Source: Nitrospirillum amazonense (GTDB taxonomy: Bacteria; Pseudomonadota; Alphaproteobacteria; Azospirillales; Azospirillaceae). Taken from it: a stretch of DNA of 16,000 nt. Under the pieces are notes generated by a model. That model saw only the letters and a list, made by a program, of their open reading frames with translations. It was not told where the DNA came from and ran no database searches. Position 1 is the stretch's first letter. The number at the start of each line of letters is the position of its first letter. Location: positions 659,591 through 675,590 of the forward strand of contig NZ_VITV01000002.1 in assembly GCF_007828035.1 (NCBI RefSeq). Direction: 5' to 3'. Positions 1 through 7,732 of this stretch are shown piece by piece. A program made the translations under genes and the position numbers.

Positions 1-40
1 CCCTGCCCGCATGGGCATGGTTGTCAGTGTGGGTCGACAT
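1..40 (-). CDS. ccoP: cbb3-type cytochrome c oxidase subunit P (CcoP/FixP); first 13 codons only, gene runs off the left edge
   Basis: ATG at 40..38 on the minus strand, 9 nt after the ccoQ stop (52..50), with GAGG 7 nt upstream. It reads MSTHTDNHAHAGR and then leaves the window. The identity rests on position in the canonical ccoNOQP order, not on the 13 residues. Confidence 0.45.
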   Translation of the reverse strand, partial: MSTHTDNHAHAGR

Positions 41-49
41 GGGGGGACC

Positions 50-256
50 TCAGCCTTTCATAGTCGGCATTGTCCGCCGCAGGGGCCGCCGCCGCTCGGG
101 CAGCGGGTGGTCGGCGTCATCCAGCAGCGGGATACGGGCGCACTCGTCCAGGCGGCGCCGGCGCGAGGGCCAATAGGCCCAGATGCCGATACCGCTGAAC
201 AAGGCCACGAACCACAGCAGCCAAACCTGCGAGATCAGGGCGTGGAACTCTTCCAT
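50..256 (-). CDS. ccoQ: cbb3-type cytochrome c oxidase subunit Q (CcoQ/FixQ), small single-TM protein
   Basis: 68-aa ORF starting 10 nt after the ccoO stop. One TM helix (VWLLWFVALFSGIGIWAYWP) is followed by RRRRLDECARIPLLDD, which matches the FixQ pattern (..YA.WP....D.A.IPL..D). It carries an unusual ~20-aa Arg/Pro-rich C-terminal tail. Confidence 0.8.
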   Translation of the reverse strand: MEEFHALISQVWLLWFVALFSGIGIWAYWPSRRRRLDECARIPLLDDADHPLPERRRPLRRTMPTMKG

Positions 257-266
257 GGCATCCCCC

Positions 267-992
267 TCACTGGTGCAGGTCTTCGGGTTGCAGCTTGCTG
301 AACTCGACCAGCGTGCCCAGCATCTGCAGGTAGGCCACCAGGGCGTCCATCTCCGTCAGCTCCGGGCTTTCGGTGTTGAACTTGCCCACCACCGCCTTCG
401 GGTACCGCTTCAGCAAGCCGCTGGTGTCGGCGTCCGGGTCGGCCTGGGCCTTCAGGTCGGCGGCGGCGTTGGCGATCATGTCGTCCGTATAGGGAACGCC
501 CACGGTGCGCAGGGTCTTCAGGTGATCCTGGATGTTGGGCACCGACAGCGGACGGCTGGCCAGGAAGGCGTAGGTCGGCATGATCGATTCCGGCACCACG
601 GCGCGCGGGTCCTTCAGGTGGGCCACGTGCCAGTCGTTGGAATACTTGCCGCCGACGCGGGCCAGATCCGGACCGATACGCTTGGACCCCCACTGGAAGG
701 GATGGTCGTACATGCTTTCCGCCGCCAGGCTGTAGGGGCCATAGCGCTCCACCTCATCGCGGAAGGTGCGGATCTGCTGGCTGTGGCAGACGTAGCAGCC
801 CTCGCGGATGTAGATGTTGCGGCCCATCTGCTCCAGCGGGGTGTAGGGGCGCACCCCGCCCACCCGCTCGATCGTGGTTTCGATGGAGAACAGGGGCACG
901 ATCTGCACCAGGCCACCGATGGACACGGTGATCAGGGTCAGCAGCGCCAGGATGACGACGTTCTTTTCGACGATGGCGTGAGAGAATTTCAT
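267..992 (-). CDS. ccoO: cbb3-type cytochrome c oxidase subunit II, monoheme cytochrome c (CcoO/FixO)
   Basis: 241 aa. N-terminal TM anchor ([24 protein letters not shown]), heme-c motif [10 protein letters not shown], and [16 protein letters not shown], typical of CcoO. Starts 16 nt after the ccoN stop. Confidence 0.95.
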   Translation of the reverse strand: MKFSHAIVEKNVVILALLTLITVSIGGLVQIVPLFSIETTIERVGGVRPYTPLEQMGRNIYIREGCYVCHSQQIRTFRDEVERYGPYSLAAESMYDHPFQWGSKRIGPDLARVGGKYSNDWHVAHLKDPRAVVPESIMPTYAFLASRPLSVPNIQDHLKTLRTVGVPYTDDMIANAAADLKAQADPDADTSGLLKRYPKAVVGKFNTESPELTEMDALVAYLQMLGTLVEFSKLQPEDLHQ

Positions 993-1007
993 TTTCGGTC
1001 CCTCCGC

Positions 1008-2489
1008 TCACTCGGCCGCGACCAGGCCCGCGGGCCGGTCTTCCGCCAGCGGCTGGCCATGCTTCACGGTGCGGATCAGGTTGAAGGCCATGATGATGGC
1101 GCCGGTCAGGAACAGGATGCCGCCCATGCCGCGGATGATGTAGTAGGGGTGCATGGCGGCCACCGTCTCGACGAACGAGTACTGCAGGAAGCCCATGTCG
1201 TCGTAGGCGCGCCACATCAGGCCCTGCATGATGCCCGACACCCACATGGAGGTGATGTAGAGCACGATGCCCAGGGTGGCGGTCCAGAAGTGCCATTCGA
1301 CCAGCGTCTGGCTCCACAGCCCCTTACGCCGCCACAGCACCGGCACCAGATAGTACAGGGCGCCGAAGGTGACGAAGGCGACCCAGCCCAGGGCGCCGGA
1401 GTGCACGTGGCCGATGGTCCAGTCGGTGTAGTGGCTGAGCGCGTTCACCGGTTTCACCGACATGACCGGGCCTTCGAAGGTGCTCATGCCGTAGAAGGCG
1501 ACGGCGGTGACCGTGAAGCGCAGCGACGGGTTGGTGCGCAGTTTGTCCCAGGCGCCCGACAGGGTCATGATGCCGTTGATCATGCCGCCCCAGCTGGGCA
1601 TCCACAGCATGATGGAGAACACCATGCCCAGGGTCTGCGTCCAGTCCGGCAGGGCCGTGTAATGCAGGTGGTGCGGGCCGGCCCAGATGTAGAGGAAGAT
1701 CAGGGCCCAGAAGTGGATGATGGACAGGCGGTAGGAGTAAACCGGCCGCTCCGCCGCCTTGGGGATGAAGTAGTACATCATGCCCAGGAAGCCGGCGGTC
1801 AGGAAGAAGCCCACCGCGTTGTGGCCGTACCACCACTGGATCATCGCGTCCTGTACGCCGGCGAAGGCGCCGTAGCTCTTCGTGCCGGTGAAGCTGACAG
1901 GCACCGCCAGGTTGTTGACGATGTGCAGCATGGCGATGGTGATGATGAACGCCAGGTAGAACCAGTTGGCCACGTAGATGTGCGGCTCGCGCCGCTTGAT
2001 CAGCGTGCCGGCGAACACGATCAGATAGGCGACCCAGACGATGGTCAGCCACAGGTCGGTATACCACTCAGGCTCGGCGTATTCCTTGCCCTGGGTGATG
2101 CCCATCAGGTAGCCCGTGCCGGCCAGCACGATGAACAGCTGATAGCCCCAGAAGATGAACCAGGCCGGCAGCGCGCCGCCGAACAGGGGGGCGCGGCACG
2201 TGCGCTGGACCACGAAGAAGGAGGTGCCCAGCAGCGCGTTGCCGCCGAAGGCGAAGATGGCCGCGGACGTGTGCAGCGGCCGCACGCGGCCGAAGCTGGT
2301 CCATTCCAAACCGAAATTCAGCGCGGGAAACGCCAACTGAAAGGCAATGAGGACGCCGACCGTGAAGGCGGCGATGCCCCAGAACATGGTCGCGATGGTG
2401 AACGCGCGGACCACATCCTCCACATAGGCTTCCCGGCTGGCGGGGCGGGCCGCCGTGATGGGCACCCCCCCGGAAACCGCTACACTCAT
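1008..2489 (-). CDS. ccoN: cbb3-type cytochrome c oxidase subunit I (CcoN/FixN)
   Basis: Polytopic heme-copper oxidase subunit with hallmark stretches [35 protein letters not shown] and [14 protein letters not shown]. Start chosen at ATG 2489..2487 (MSVAVSGG...), preceded by a G-rich SD-like run, giving 493 aa. The ORF track extends to 2921, but that extension is low-complexity and non-CcoN-like. Confidence 0.92.
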   Translation of the reverse strand: MSVAVSGGVPITAARPASREAYVEDVVRAFTIATMFWGIAAFTVGVLIAFQLAFPALNFGLEWTSFGRVRPLHTSAAIFAFGGNALLGTSFFVVQRTCRAPLFGGALPAWFIFWGYQLFIVLAGTGYLMGITQGKEYAEPEWYTDLWLTIVWVAYLIVFAGTLIKRREPHIYVANWFYLAFIITIAMLHIVNNLAVPVSFTGTKSYGAFAGVQDAMIQWWYGHNAVGFFLTAGFLGMMYYFIPKAAERPVYSYRLSIIHFWALIFLYIWAGPHHLHYTALPDWTQTLGMVFSIMLWMPSWGGMINGIMTLSGAWDKLRTNPSLRFTVTAVAFYGMSTFEGPVMSVKPVNALSHYTDWTIGHVHSGALGWVAFVTFGALYYLVPVLWRRKGLWSQTLVEWHFWTATLGIVLYITSMWVSGIMQGLMWRAYDDMGFLQYSFVETVAAMHPYYIIRGMGGILFLTGAIIMAFNLIRTVKHGQPLAEDRPAGLVAAE

Positions 2490-2664
2490 GACACCCCCCG
2501 AATATGGGCTCAAGCGGCAGGGACCCGGGTTGAACCCCGGACCTCGTCTCTTAAGACAACGATTGCGGGCATCGGCGGGCCCGGTTTCCCAGGCGGTGTC
2601 CGTCGGGCGACGGGGCCGATGCACCTCAGCGTCGGCACTGTGATGGGGGGCACACCCAGCCGCA

Positions 2665-2678
2665 TTGACCTGCGTCAA
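2665..2678. promoter_or_regulatory. FNR/FixK-type (CRP-FNR family) binding box TTGAC-N4-GTCAA
   Basis: Perfect 14-bp palindrome TTGACCTGCGTCAA, against the FNR/FixK consensus TTGAT-N4-ATCAA. It lies 176 nt upstream of the ccoN start and 110 nt upstream of the divergent DUF2189 gene. ccoNOQP/fixNOQP operons are classically FNR/FixK-activated. Confidence 0.65.
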
Positions 2679-2787
2679 GCCGCCATCCATCAACCTGGCG
2701 TATGGTTGGGTGAGTGACGGAAGGCCCGGCAAGAAGGCCTCCGGAACGCGGTTGGCGTTGCAACCCCTGGGCGGAGCGGCACAGGCC

Positions 2788-3609
2788 ATGACGGCGATGA
2801 CGGACGGGACCCTGATCCCGGTTTTCACCCACCCCTCACCCGCGGTCCGGCGGGTGCCGATGGACCGGCCCTGGCACTGGCTGCGGCTGGGGTGGGACGA
2901 CATGGTGGCGACGCCCGCCATCAGCCTGGGCTATGGCCTGATACTGGCGGCGGTGGGCTTCTTCGCCACGGCCGTGGCCATCCTGGACGGCTGGCTGGCC
3001 CTGCTGCTGCCGCTGACCGGCGGCTTCATGCTGCTGGCGCCCCTGCTGTCCGTCACCTTCTACGAGGCGTCGCGCCGGCGCGAGCGGGGGTTGCCGCCCG
3101 ACGCCGCCGCCTGTCTGAACGCCTGGCGCGGCAACCTGTCCGCCATCGGCGCCTTCGGCGTGGTGCTGCTGCTGATGCACCTGTTCTGGGTGCGGCTGGC
3201 CACCCTGCTCTACGCCCTGATGCTAGGCGAGGTGCATGTGCCGCCGGACGGCTTGGCCGCCGCGCTGCTGACCCCGGCGGCCCTGCCCTTCCTGATCGTC
3301 GGCACCCTGCTGGGCGCCGCCCTGGCGCTGGCCACCTTCACCATCAGCGTGGTGACCCTGCCCCTGCTGCTGGACCGCGACGTCGGCGTCCTCACCGCCG
3401 TCGCCACCAGCATCACGGCGGTGCGGGCCAGCCCGCGCGCCATGCTGCTGTGGGCCGCCCTGATCGCGGGGGCCGTGGCACTGGGCATGGTCACGCTGTT
3501 CATCGGCCTGGTGCCGCTGCTGCCCCTGATCGGGCACGCCAGCTGGCACGCCTACCGCGACGTGGTGCGGCTGCCGGTGGAAGTGAGGCCGGTCACACCA
3601 GAGGCATGA
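2788..3609 (+). CDS. DUF2189-family integral membrane protein (a family often found next to cbb3 oxidase genes)
   Basis: 273 aa from ATG 2788 (MTAMTDG...; GGAG 12 nt upstream). The N-terminal [20 protein letters not shown] motif followed by about 5-6 hydrophobic helices resembles DUF2189. High GC3 in this frame. The start could be 2797 instead. Confidence 0.7.
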   Translation: MTAMTDGTLIPVFTHPSPAVRRVPMDRPWHWLRLGWDDMVATPAISLGYGLILAAVGFFATAVAILDGWLALLLPLTGGFMLLAPLLSVTFYEASRRRERGLPPDAAACLNAWRGNLSAIGAFGVVLLLMHLFWVRLATLLYALMLGEVHVPPDGLAAALLTPAALPFLIVGTLLGAALALATFTISVVTLPLLLDRDVGVLTAVATSITAVRASPRAMLLWAALIAGAVALGMVTLFIGLVPLLPLIGHASWHAYRDVVRLPVEVRPVTPEA

Positions 3610-3735
3610 GGCCCAATCTCACGTCACCTAGGATGCGACCGCATCCGCCGGACCTTTTCGGGGAGCGGCAGCGGACTGAAAAGGGAGGATAGCCAAGGCG
3701 GCGGATGCCGCCGTCCGGCGATTGAGGGAACACGC

Positions 3736-4239
3736 TCAGCTGAACTGCAACATGGACGGCGCCTTGTCGATGATCTCTTCCAGGATCATCTCCGCCGTCT
3801 CCAGCTCGCTGCGGATGGATTCGTTCAAGCGGCTGGCGTATTCCGGCTTGCGCAGCTTTTCGCTGGCCTCATAGAGGCTGCGCAACTCCGTCACGAAGAT
3901 CTCGCGGGCGCCCAGGGGCAGCACGGTCTTGGCCGACAGCACGAAGAAGAAGCGCATGCTGGCCCGCACCAGCAGACTCAGCATCAGGGTGTCCAGCTGG
4001 GCGTAGCGCTCGCGCACGTCATCCACGGGGCCGTCCATGCTGCGCAGGCGGCCTTCCACCAGGATGCACAGGGCCCGGAACTCCCCCACCTTGTTGCGGA
4101 AGGCGTTGTAGGCCTCGAAGCTGTCGCGGGCGGCCGCCGCCTCGGCCTGCTTGGCCAGTTGGGTGGATTCGCGCGCCTGACGCTCCAACGCGTCCAGCAG
4201 GCCCACCACTTCCTTGCGGGAATAGACGCGTCTGACCAC
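3736..4239 (-). CDS. hypothetical all-helical cytoplasmic protein, no family recognised
   Basis: 167-aa ORF with host-like high-GC3 codon usage. GTG start at 4239 with AGGA about 10 nt upstream. Predicted long helices (heptad-like Ala/Glu/Arg/Leu runs) and no TM segment or signal peptide. A promoter-like element lies just upstream. Confidence 0.6.
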   Translation of the reverse strand: MVRRVYSRKEVVGLLDALERQARESTQLAKQAEAAAARDSFEAYNAFRNKVGEFRALCILVEGRLRSMDGPVDDVRERYAQLDTLMLSLLVRASMRFFFVLSAKTVLPLGAREIFVTELRSLYEASEKLRKPEYASRLNESIRSELETAEMILEEIIDKAPSMLQFS

Positions 4240-4277
4240 CGGTATGCCATCCTGTCGCTAGGGCACCGCACCACCCT

Positions 4278-4305
4278 TGTATACTCAGGCCACCCGGTGG
4301 ATCAA
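4278..4305 (-). promoter_or_regulatory. sigma70-like promoter candidate (TTGATC-N16-TATACA) with an 11-nt palindrome in the spacer
   Basis: The minus strand reads TTGATC (4305..4300), a 16-nt spacer, then TATACA (4283..4278), about 35-40 nt upstream of the GTG at 4239. The spacer contains CCACC-N-GGTGG (4290..4300). Motif match only. Confidence 0.3.
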
Positions 4306-4365
4306 AGCGCTGCCGACGGGCGGGCCGGCATGCGCGGAGGGATGGAGCCGCCCGGGCAGCACTTC

Positions 4366-4875
4366 TCACGGCGCCGGCGACAGCGTCCCCTCGGTGAACA
4401 GCGTGAAGGACGGCTGTGGGCCCGGCGGCGCGATCTCGAACCGGACGGCCAGGCGGCCGCCCGCCAGCCCCTCGTATGTCAGGCGGAAGGTGGGGGCCAC
4501 CGGCGCCGGATCACTGGTGAACTGGACGCGCCGGCCCGGCGCCAATTCCGTCACGTGATAATGGATGACGTGCCCGGCCGTGTCGAAGAAATCGGCGCGC
4601 AGGCGTCCGTCCTCCGCATACATGGTCATGACCATGTCCAGGTCGCCGCCCTCGGCCATGTGGGTGCGGTCGCGGCGCACCAGCAGGCTGCCGTTCAGGT
4701 CGGGCCTGATCTCCGACGTGCCCCCCTGATTGGGCCGCGCACCGGCAGCGGGGTCGGCGACGCGCTCGCCCACCAGGAAGGAGAGGGCCGCCAGCGACTC
4801 CGCCGCCTTCGCCCGGGGCATCAACGCCGCCACCGCCAGCGCGGCCGCGGCCAATCCGCGCTCAAACCGCCTCAT
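4366..4875 (-). CDS. secreted/periplasmic protein of unknown function (possible lipocalin-like/DUF1579-like beta-barrel)
   Basis: 169 aa. Strong SD (AAGGAGG, 6-nt spacing) before ATG 4875. Sec-type signal peptide MRRFERGLAAAALAVAALMPRAKA|AE. The mature part is beta-rich with the pattern ..FLVG....D..G.VIHY.V.....V.F......F.L.Y. The fold assignment is a guess. Confidence 0.65.
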   Translation of the reverse strand: MRRFERGLAAAALAVAALMPRAKAAESLAALSFLVGERVADPAAGARPNQGGTSEIRPDLNGSLLVRRDRTHMAEGGDLDMVMTMYAEDGRLRADFFDTAGHVIHYHVTELAPGRRVQFTSDPAPVAPTFRLTYEGLAGGRLAVRFEIAPPGPQPSFTLFTEGTLSPAP

Positions 4876-5431
4876 CGTACGCCTCCTTCAGCCAGGCCAG
4901 CACTTCGGCATCCACGTCGGCCACGGCCGCCAGCTTCACCCGGTGGGTGAACATGGCGTTGAAACTGCCGGACGCCTCCAGCCGGCCTTCCGGGGGACGG
5001 GACTTCAACACCAGGCCCAGGTCGAGGCGGGTGCGGGTCGATGGCTGGATCAAGGCGAACTGCTTGCGCCGGCGGATGCTGACATTGGCCTTCTTGGGCG
5101 CCACCTCGACGTCGGGCCCAAGAGCCATCACCGCCGCGACCAGCGCGTCATGGAGGGGACGCAGCCCCGCCTTGCCCTCGAACAAATGCGCCACGGGATC
5201 GTCGGCCGAGCGCGGTGCCGCGTCAGCCAAGGCGCGCTTGGCGACATGGTTGGCATAGCCGTGGCCGAAGCCATGCTCCGCTTTCAGCCAAGTCACCATT
5301 TCCCCGTGCTTGGTCAGGCCCTGCGCCCGGATGCGTCCCACCCACACGGCCACCGGCTGCCCCGACGCCGCCTCGATGTTCCGTTCCATTGTCGCGATCG
5401 CGTCTTCCACCGACGCCATGGCCGCCCCCAT
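4862..5431 (-). CDS. DUF4287 + DUF5655 two-domain protein
   Basis: N-terminal region AIATMERNIEAASGQP...WLKAEHGFGHGYANHVAKRAL matches the DUF4287 pattern (..IE..TG......WLK...G.GHG.A). The C-terminal part (KKANVSIRRRKQFALIQPSTRTRLDLGLVLK...FTHRVKL..VADVD.EVL.WLKEAY) matches DUF5655. Start set at ATG 5431 (AGGA 6 nt upstream); the ORF track start 5485 and ATG 5419 are alternatives. The 3' end overlaps the next gene by 14 nt. Confidence 0.7.
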   Translation of the reverse strand: MGAAMASVEDAIATMERNIEAASGQPVAVWVGRIRAQGLTKHGEMVTWLKAEHGFGHGYANHVAKRALADAAPRSADDPVAHLFEGKAGLRPLHDALVAAVMALGPDVEVAPKKANVSIRRRKQFALIQPSTRTRLDLGLVLKSRPPEGRLEASGSFNAMFTHRVKLAAVADVDAEVLAWLKEAYDEAV

Positions 5432-5523
5432 TCTTGTTCCTGGCTTTGGCACCCGCACCGTCTTCCCGGGAGCCAGCGCCGTCATGCATTCTATGGTCAG
5501 CCTGTTGACAGCATGGTGGCAAG

Positions 5524-6237
5524 ATGGCGCGTCGCGCGGAAAGGTTGTTGATCCTGCTGGACCTGCTGCGAGGCCGCCCGGTGGTGACGGCGGCCACCCT
5601 GGCGGAGGCTCTGGAGGTTTCCCCCCGCACAGTCTATCGCGACATCGAGGCGCTGCTGGCCGCCGGCGTCCCCATCCGGGGAGAGGCCGGTGTCGGCTTC
5701 AGTCTGGGCCAGGGCTATTTCCTGCCGCCCCTGACCCTGACGGAGGACGAGGCGGAGATCCTAGCCTTCGGCGCCCGGGTGCTGAGCATCTGGAGCGACG
5801 GCGCCCTGGCGGCGCAGGCGGAGATGGCGCTGACCAAGATCCGGGCCGTGCTGCCCAAGGCTGCCCGCGACAGCGCGGCGCGGGAGATCCTCTGGGCGCC
5901 CCCCTGGGTGACCCGCCACCCGCCGGCGGTGGACCTGCTGCAGTTGAAGCGCGCCGCCCAGCGGCGGCAGTACCTGCGCATCACTTATGAAACCTTGAAC
6001 GGCACCCTGAGCGAGCGATCGGTCCGCCCCCTGTCGCTCAGCTTTTTCGGGCCTGTGTGGCTGCTGATCGCCTGGTGCGAATTGAAAGCGGACTTCCGCT
6101 GCTTCCGCTTGGACCGCCTGCGGGCTTCCGAGGTGCTGGACCAGACGTTCCGGGATGAGCCGGGCAAGCGCCTGGCCGACTTCCGCCGCGCCAAGGGCGA
6201 GGCGGCGGCGCGGGAGATGGCCAGCAGCGGGGTTTAG
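5524..6237 (+). CDS. YafY-family transcriptional regulator (N-terminal HTH + WYL domain)
   Basis: 237 aa. The HTH region is RAERLLILLDLLRGRPVVTAATLAEALEVSPRTVYRDIEAL. The WYL-domain core is ITYETLNGTLSERSVRPLSLSFFGPVWLLIAWCELKADFRCFRLDRL. Divergent from the 5431 gene across a 92-bp intergenic region. Confidence 0.85.
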   Translation: MARRAERLLILLDLLRGRPVVTAATLAEALEVSPRTVYRDIEALLAAGVPIRGEAGVGFSLGQGYFLPPLTLTEDEAEILAFGARVLSIWSDGALAAQAEMALTKIRAVLPKAARDSAAREILWAPPWVTRHPPAVDLLQLKRAAQRRQYLRITYETLNGTLSERSVRPLSLSFFGPVWLLIAWCELKADFRCFRLDRLRASEVLDQTFRDEPGKRLADFRRAKGEAAAREMASSGV

Positions 6238-7493
6238 TCCAGCGCTGCCAGCCGCACCGGCCGTTCCTGGCGCGACACCGGCAGTTGCGACAGGGTCAGC
6301 GCGATGCGCCGCCGCAGGAAGGGGGTGCCGATAATCAGGGGCAGGAGGTGACGGCGCAGCAGCCGGCCCCACCAGCCGTCGGCCAGCAGGCCGACGCGGG
6401 AAATCAGGTCGGTGCCGCGCAGCACGCCACGCGCCACGGGCAGGCGGTCCTGGGCGTAGCGGTCCAGCACGCCCTCGTCCTTCCGCCCTCGCCCGCCCCG
6501 GCGCAGCGCCTCCGTCAGGCGGGCACCCAGGTTCAGGGCGTCCTGGATGCCGGTGTTCATGCCCTGGCCGCCGGCCGGGCTGTGAATATGGGCGGCGTCG
6601 CCGGCCAGGAACACCCGGCCGTGGCGCAGCCGCCGCACCATGCGGTGATGGATGGTGAAGCGGGTCAGCCAGGTGGCCTCCCCCAGCACCAGGGGCAGGC
6701 CGGACACGGCGCAGGCAAGCGTGCTGAAGGCGGCCAGGTCGATCTCCGCCTCCGGCACCGGCGGATCGCCCTTGGGGATCACCACCAGGCGGCACAGCGT
6801 GGGATGATCCGCATCCTTCATCGGGAAAAAGGCCATGGCCCCCGCCTCCGTGCTGAAGAAGCGCACGGAGTCGTGGCCCAAATCCCCATGCCCCGGGCCC
6901 CAGTCCAGCGTCACGTCGGCCAGCAGGAAGGTGCCGGGATAGGAGCCACCGGCGAAACCGGCGCCCACCTGGTGGCGCACTACGCTGTGGGCGCCGTCGC
7001 AACCGGCGACATAGGCGGCGCGCACCAGCTCGATGCCGCCATCGGGCCGGCGCACCTCGCACTGCACGCCGTCGCCGTCCTGCCGCAGGCCGGCCAACTC
7101 ATGGTTCCAATCGACGGCGACGTTGAAGGCCGCCGCCTGCTCCGCCAGCAGGCGCTCCGTCTCTCCCTGCGGCAAGACCAGGACGAAGTTATAGGGACTG
7201 GGCAGGCCGCCCAGGTCCACCGGGATGGGACGCCGGTCGCCCAGATGGAAATGCACGGTGCGAACCGGCTGGCCCGTGGCCACCATGCGGGCCGGCAGGC
7301 CCACGCCGAACACGTCCGACAGCGCCTCCAGCGTGCCGGCGTGCACGCCCAGCGCCTTCGATTTCTGGGAGCGGCCCGCCGCCTTGTCGATCACCCGAAC
7401 GGGCACGCCAGTGCGGCCCAGCATGGCCGCCAGCGCCAGGCCCGTGGGACCGGCCCCCACCACCAGGACCGCCACATCCATATCGCTGCTCAA
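6234..7493 (-). CDS. FAD-dependent aromatic-ring monooxygenase (PheA/TfdB/UbiH-type flavoprotein hydroxylase)
   Basis: Rossmann motif VLVVGAGPTGLALA, then GCDGAHSVVR and FLAGDAAHIHSPAGGQGMNTGIQDALNL (GD motif). TTG start at 7493 has an excellent SD (GGAGGA, 7-nt spacing); ATG 7481 is the alternative. Its stop codon overlaps the stop of the convergent yafY-like gene. Confidence 0.85.
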   Translation of the reverse strand: MSSDMDVAVLVVGAGPTGLALAAMLGRTGVPVRVIDKAAGRSQKSKALGVHAGTLEALSDVFGVGLPARMVATGQPVRTVHFHLGDRRPIPVDLGGLPSPYNFVLVLPQGETERLLAEQAAAFNVAVDWNHELAGLRQDGDGVQCEVRRPDGGIELVRAAYVAGCDGAHSVVRHQVGAGFAGGSYPGTFLLADVTLDWGPGHGDLGHDSVRFFSTEAGAMAFFPMKDADHPTLCRLVVIPKGDPPVPEAEIDLAAFSTLACAVSGLPLVLGEATWLTRFTIHHRMVRRLRHGRVFLAGDAAHIHSPAGGQGMNTGIQDALNLGARLTEALRRGGRGRKDEGVLDRYAQDRLPVARGVLRGTDLISRVGLLADGWWGRLLRRHLLPLIIGTPFLRRRIALTLSQLPVSRQERPVRLAALD

Positions 7494-7732
7494 GTCCGCG
7501 TCCTCCCACCCGGTTCCCAGGAACTGGCCGCTTACTTCTTGTTAGTTCTCTGCCGATATGCTCCCGCTTCACGCGCGCCGCAATGCGCACCTTGGCAATA
7601 GGGCGCCTTTACAAGTTCAAGGGGTGCGCCCGGGGATTAAGGTGGACGGCCAACGGCGCCTGAGGGTAAGCATGATGCCGGTTTGTTCTGCTGCCGAACC
7701 GGCGTTAAAAGCATTGAGAGGGCGTTCAGTCA

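Noticed and set aside
2521-2565. tRNA-like fragment (GGTCCGGGGTTCAACCCGGG on the minus strand, resembling a T-arm, next to a TCTTAAGA-containing hairpin)
   Set aside because: The T-loop would be 6 nt rather than 7 nt. I could not build an anticodon stem, D-arm or acceptor stem. It is more likely just secondary structure in the ccoN leader.
183-2717. 844-aa plus-strand ORF spanning the ccoO/ccoN region
   Set aside because: It is antisense to two unmistakable cbb3 oxidase genes. The translation is low-complexity (Gly/Ala/Arg/His/Val-rich) with no recognisable domain. Long antisense ORFs are expected in high-GC DNA because stop codons are rare.
2490-2921. N-terminal extension of ccoN to 637 aa suggested by the ORF track
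   Set aside because: The extra 144 residues are Arg/Pro/Gly-rich and non-hydrophobic. They run across the FNR box and into the divergent gene. CcoN homology begins right after the ATG at 2489, which has a G-rich SD-like run.
3631-3660. Hairpin GGATGCG-ac-CGCATCC followed by CTTTTC, considered as a terminator for the DUF2189 gene
   Set aside because: The loop is too small (2 nt), and the short T-run is 9 nt from the stem. There is not enough support to call a terminator.
5761-7601. 433-aa (minus, 5761..7062) and 438-aa (plus, 6285..7601) ORFs overlapping the YafY-like and monooxygenase genes
   Set aside because: These are alternative-frame or antisense shadows of well-supported genes. The products are Arg/Pro/Gly/Ala-rich and lack motifs, and third-position GC bias favours the annotated frames.
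7593-7607. sigma-54-like TGGCA...GC element upstream of the 7733 ORF
   Set aside because: The sequence reads TGGCAAT-AGGG-CGCC, so the -12 TTGC element is missing. No enhancer-binding-protein context is present.
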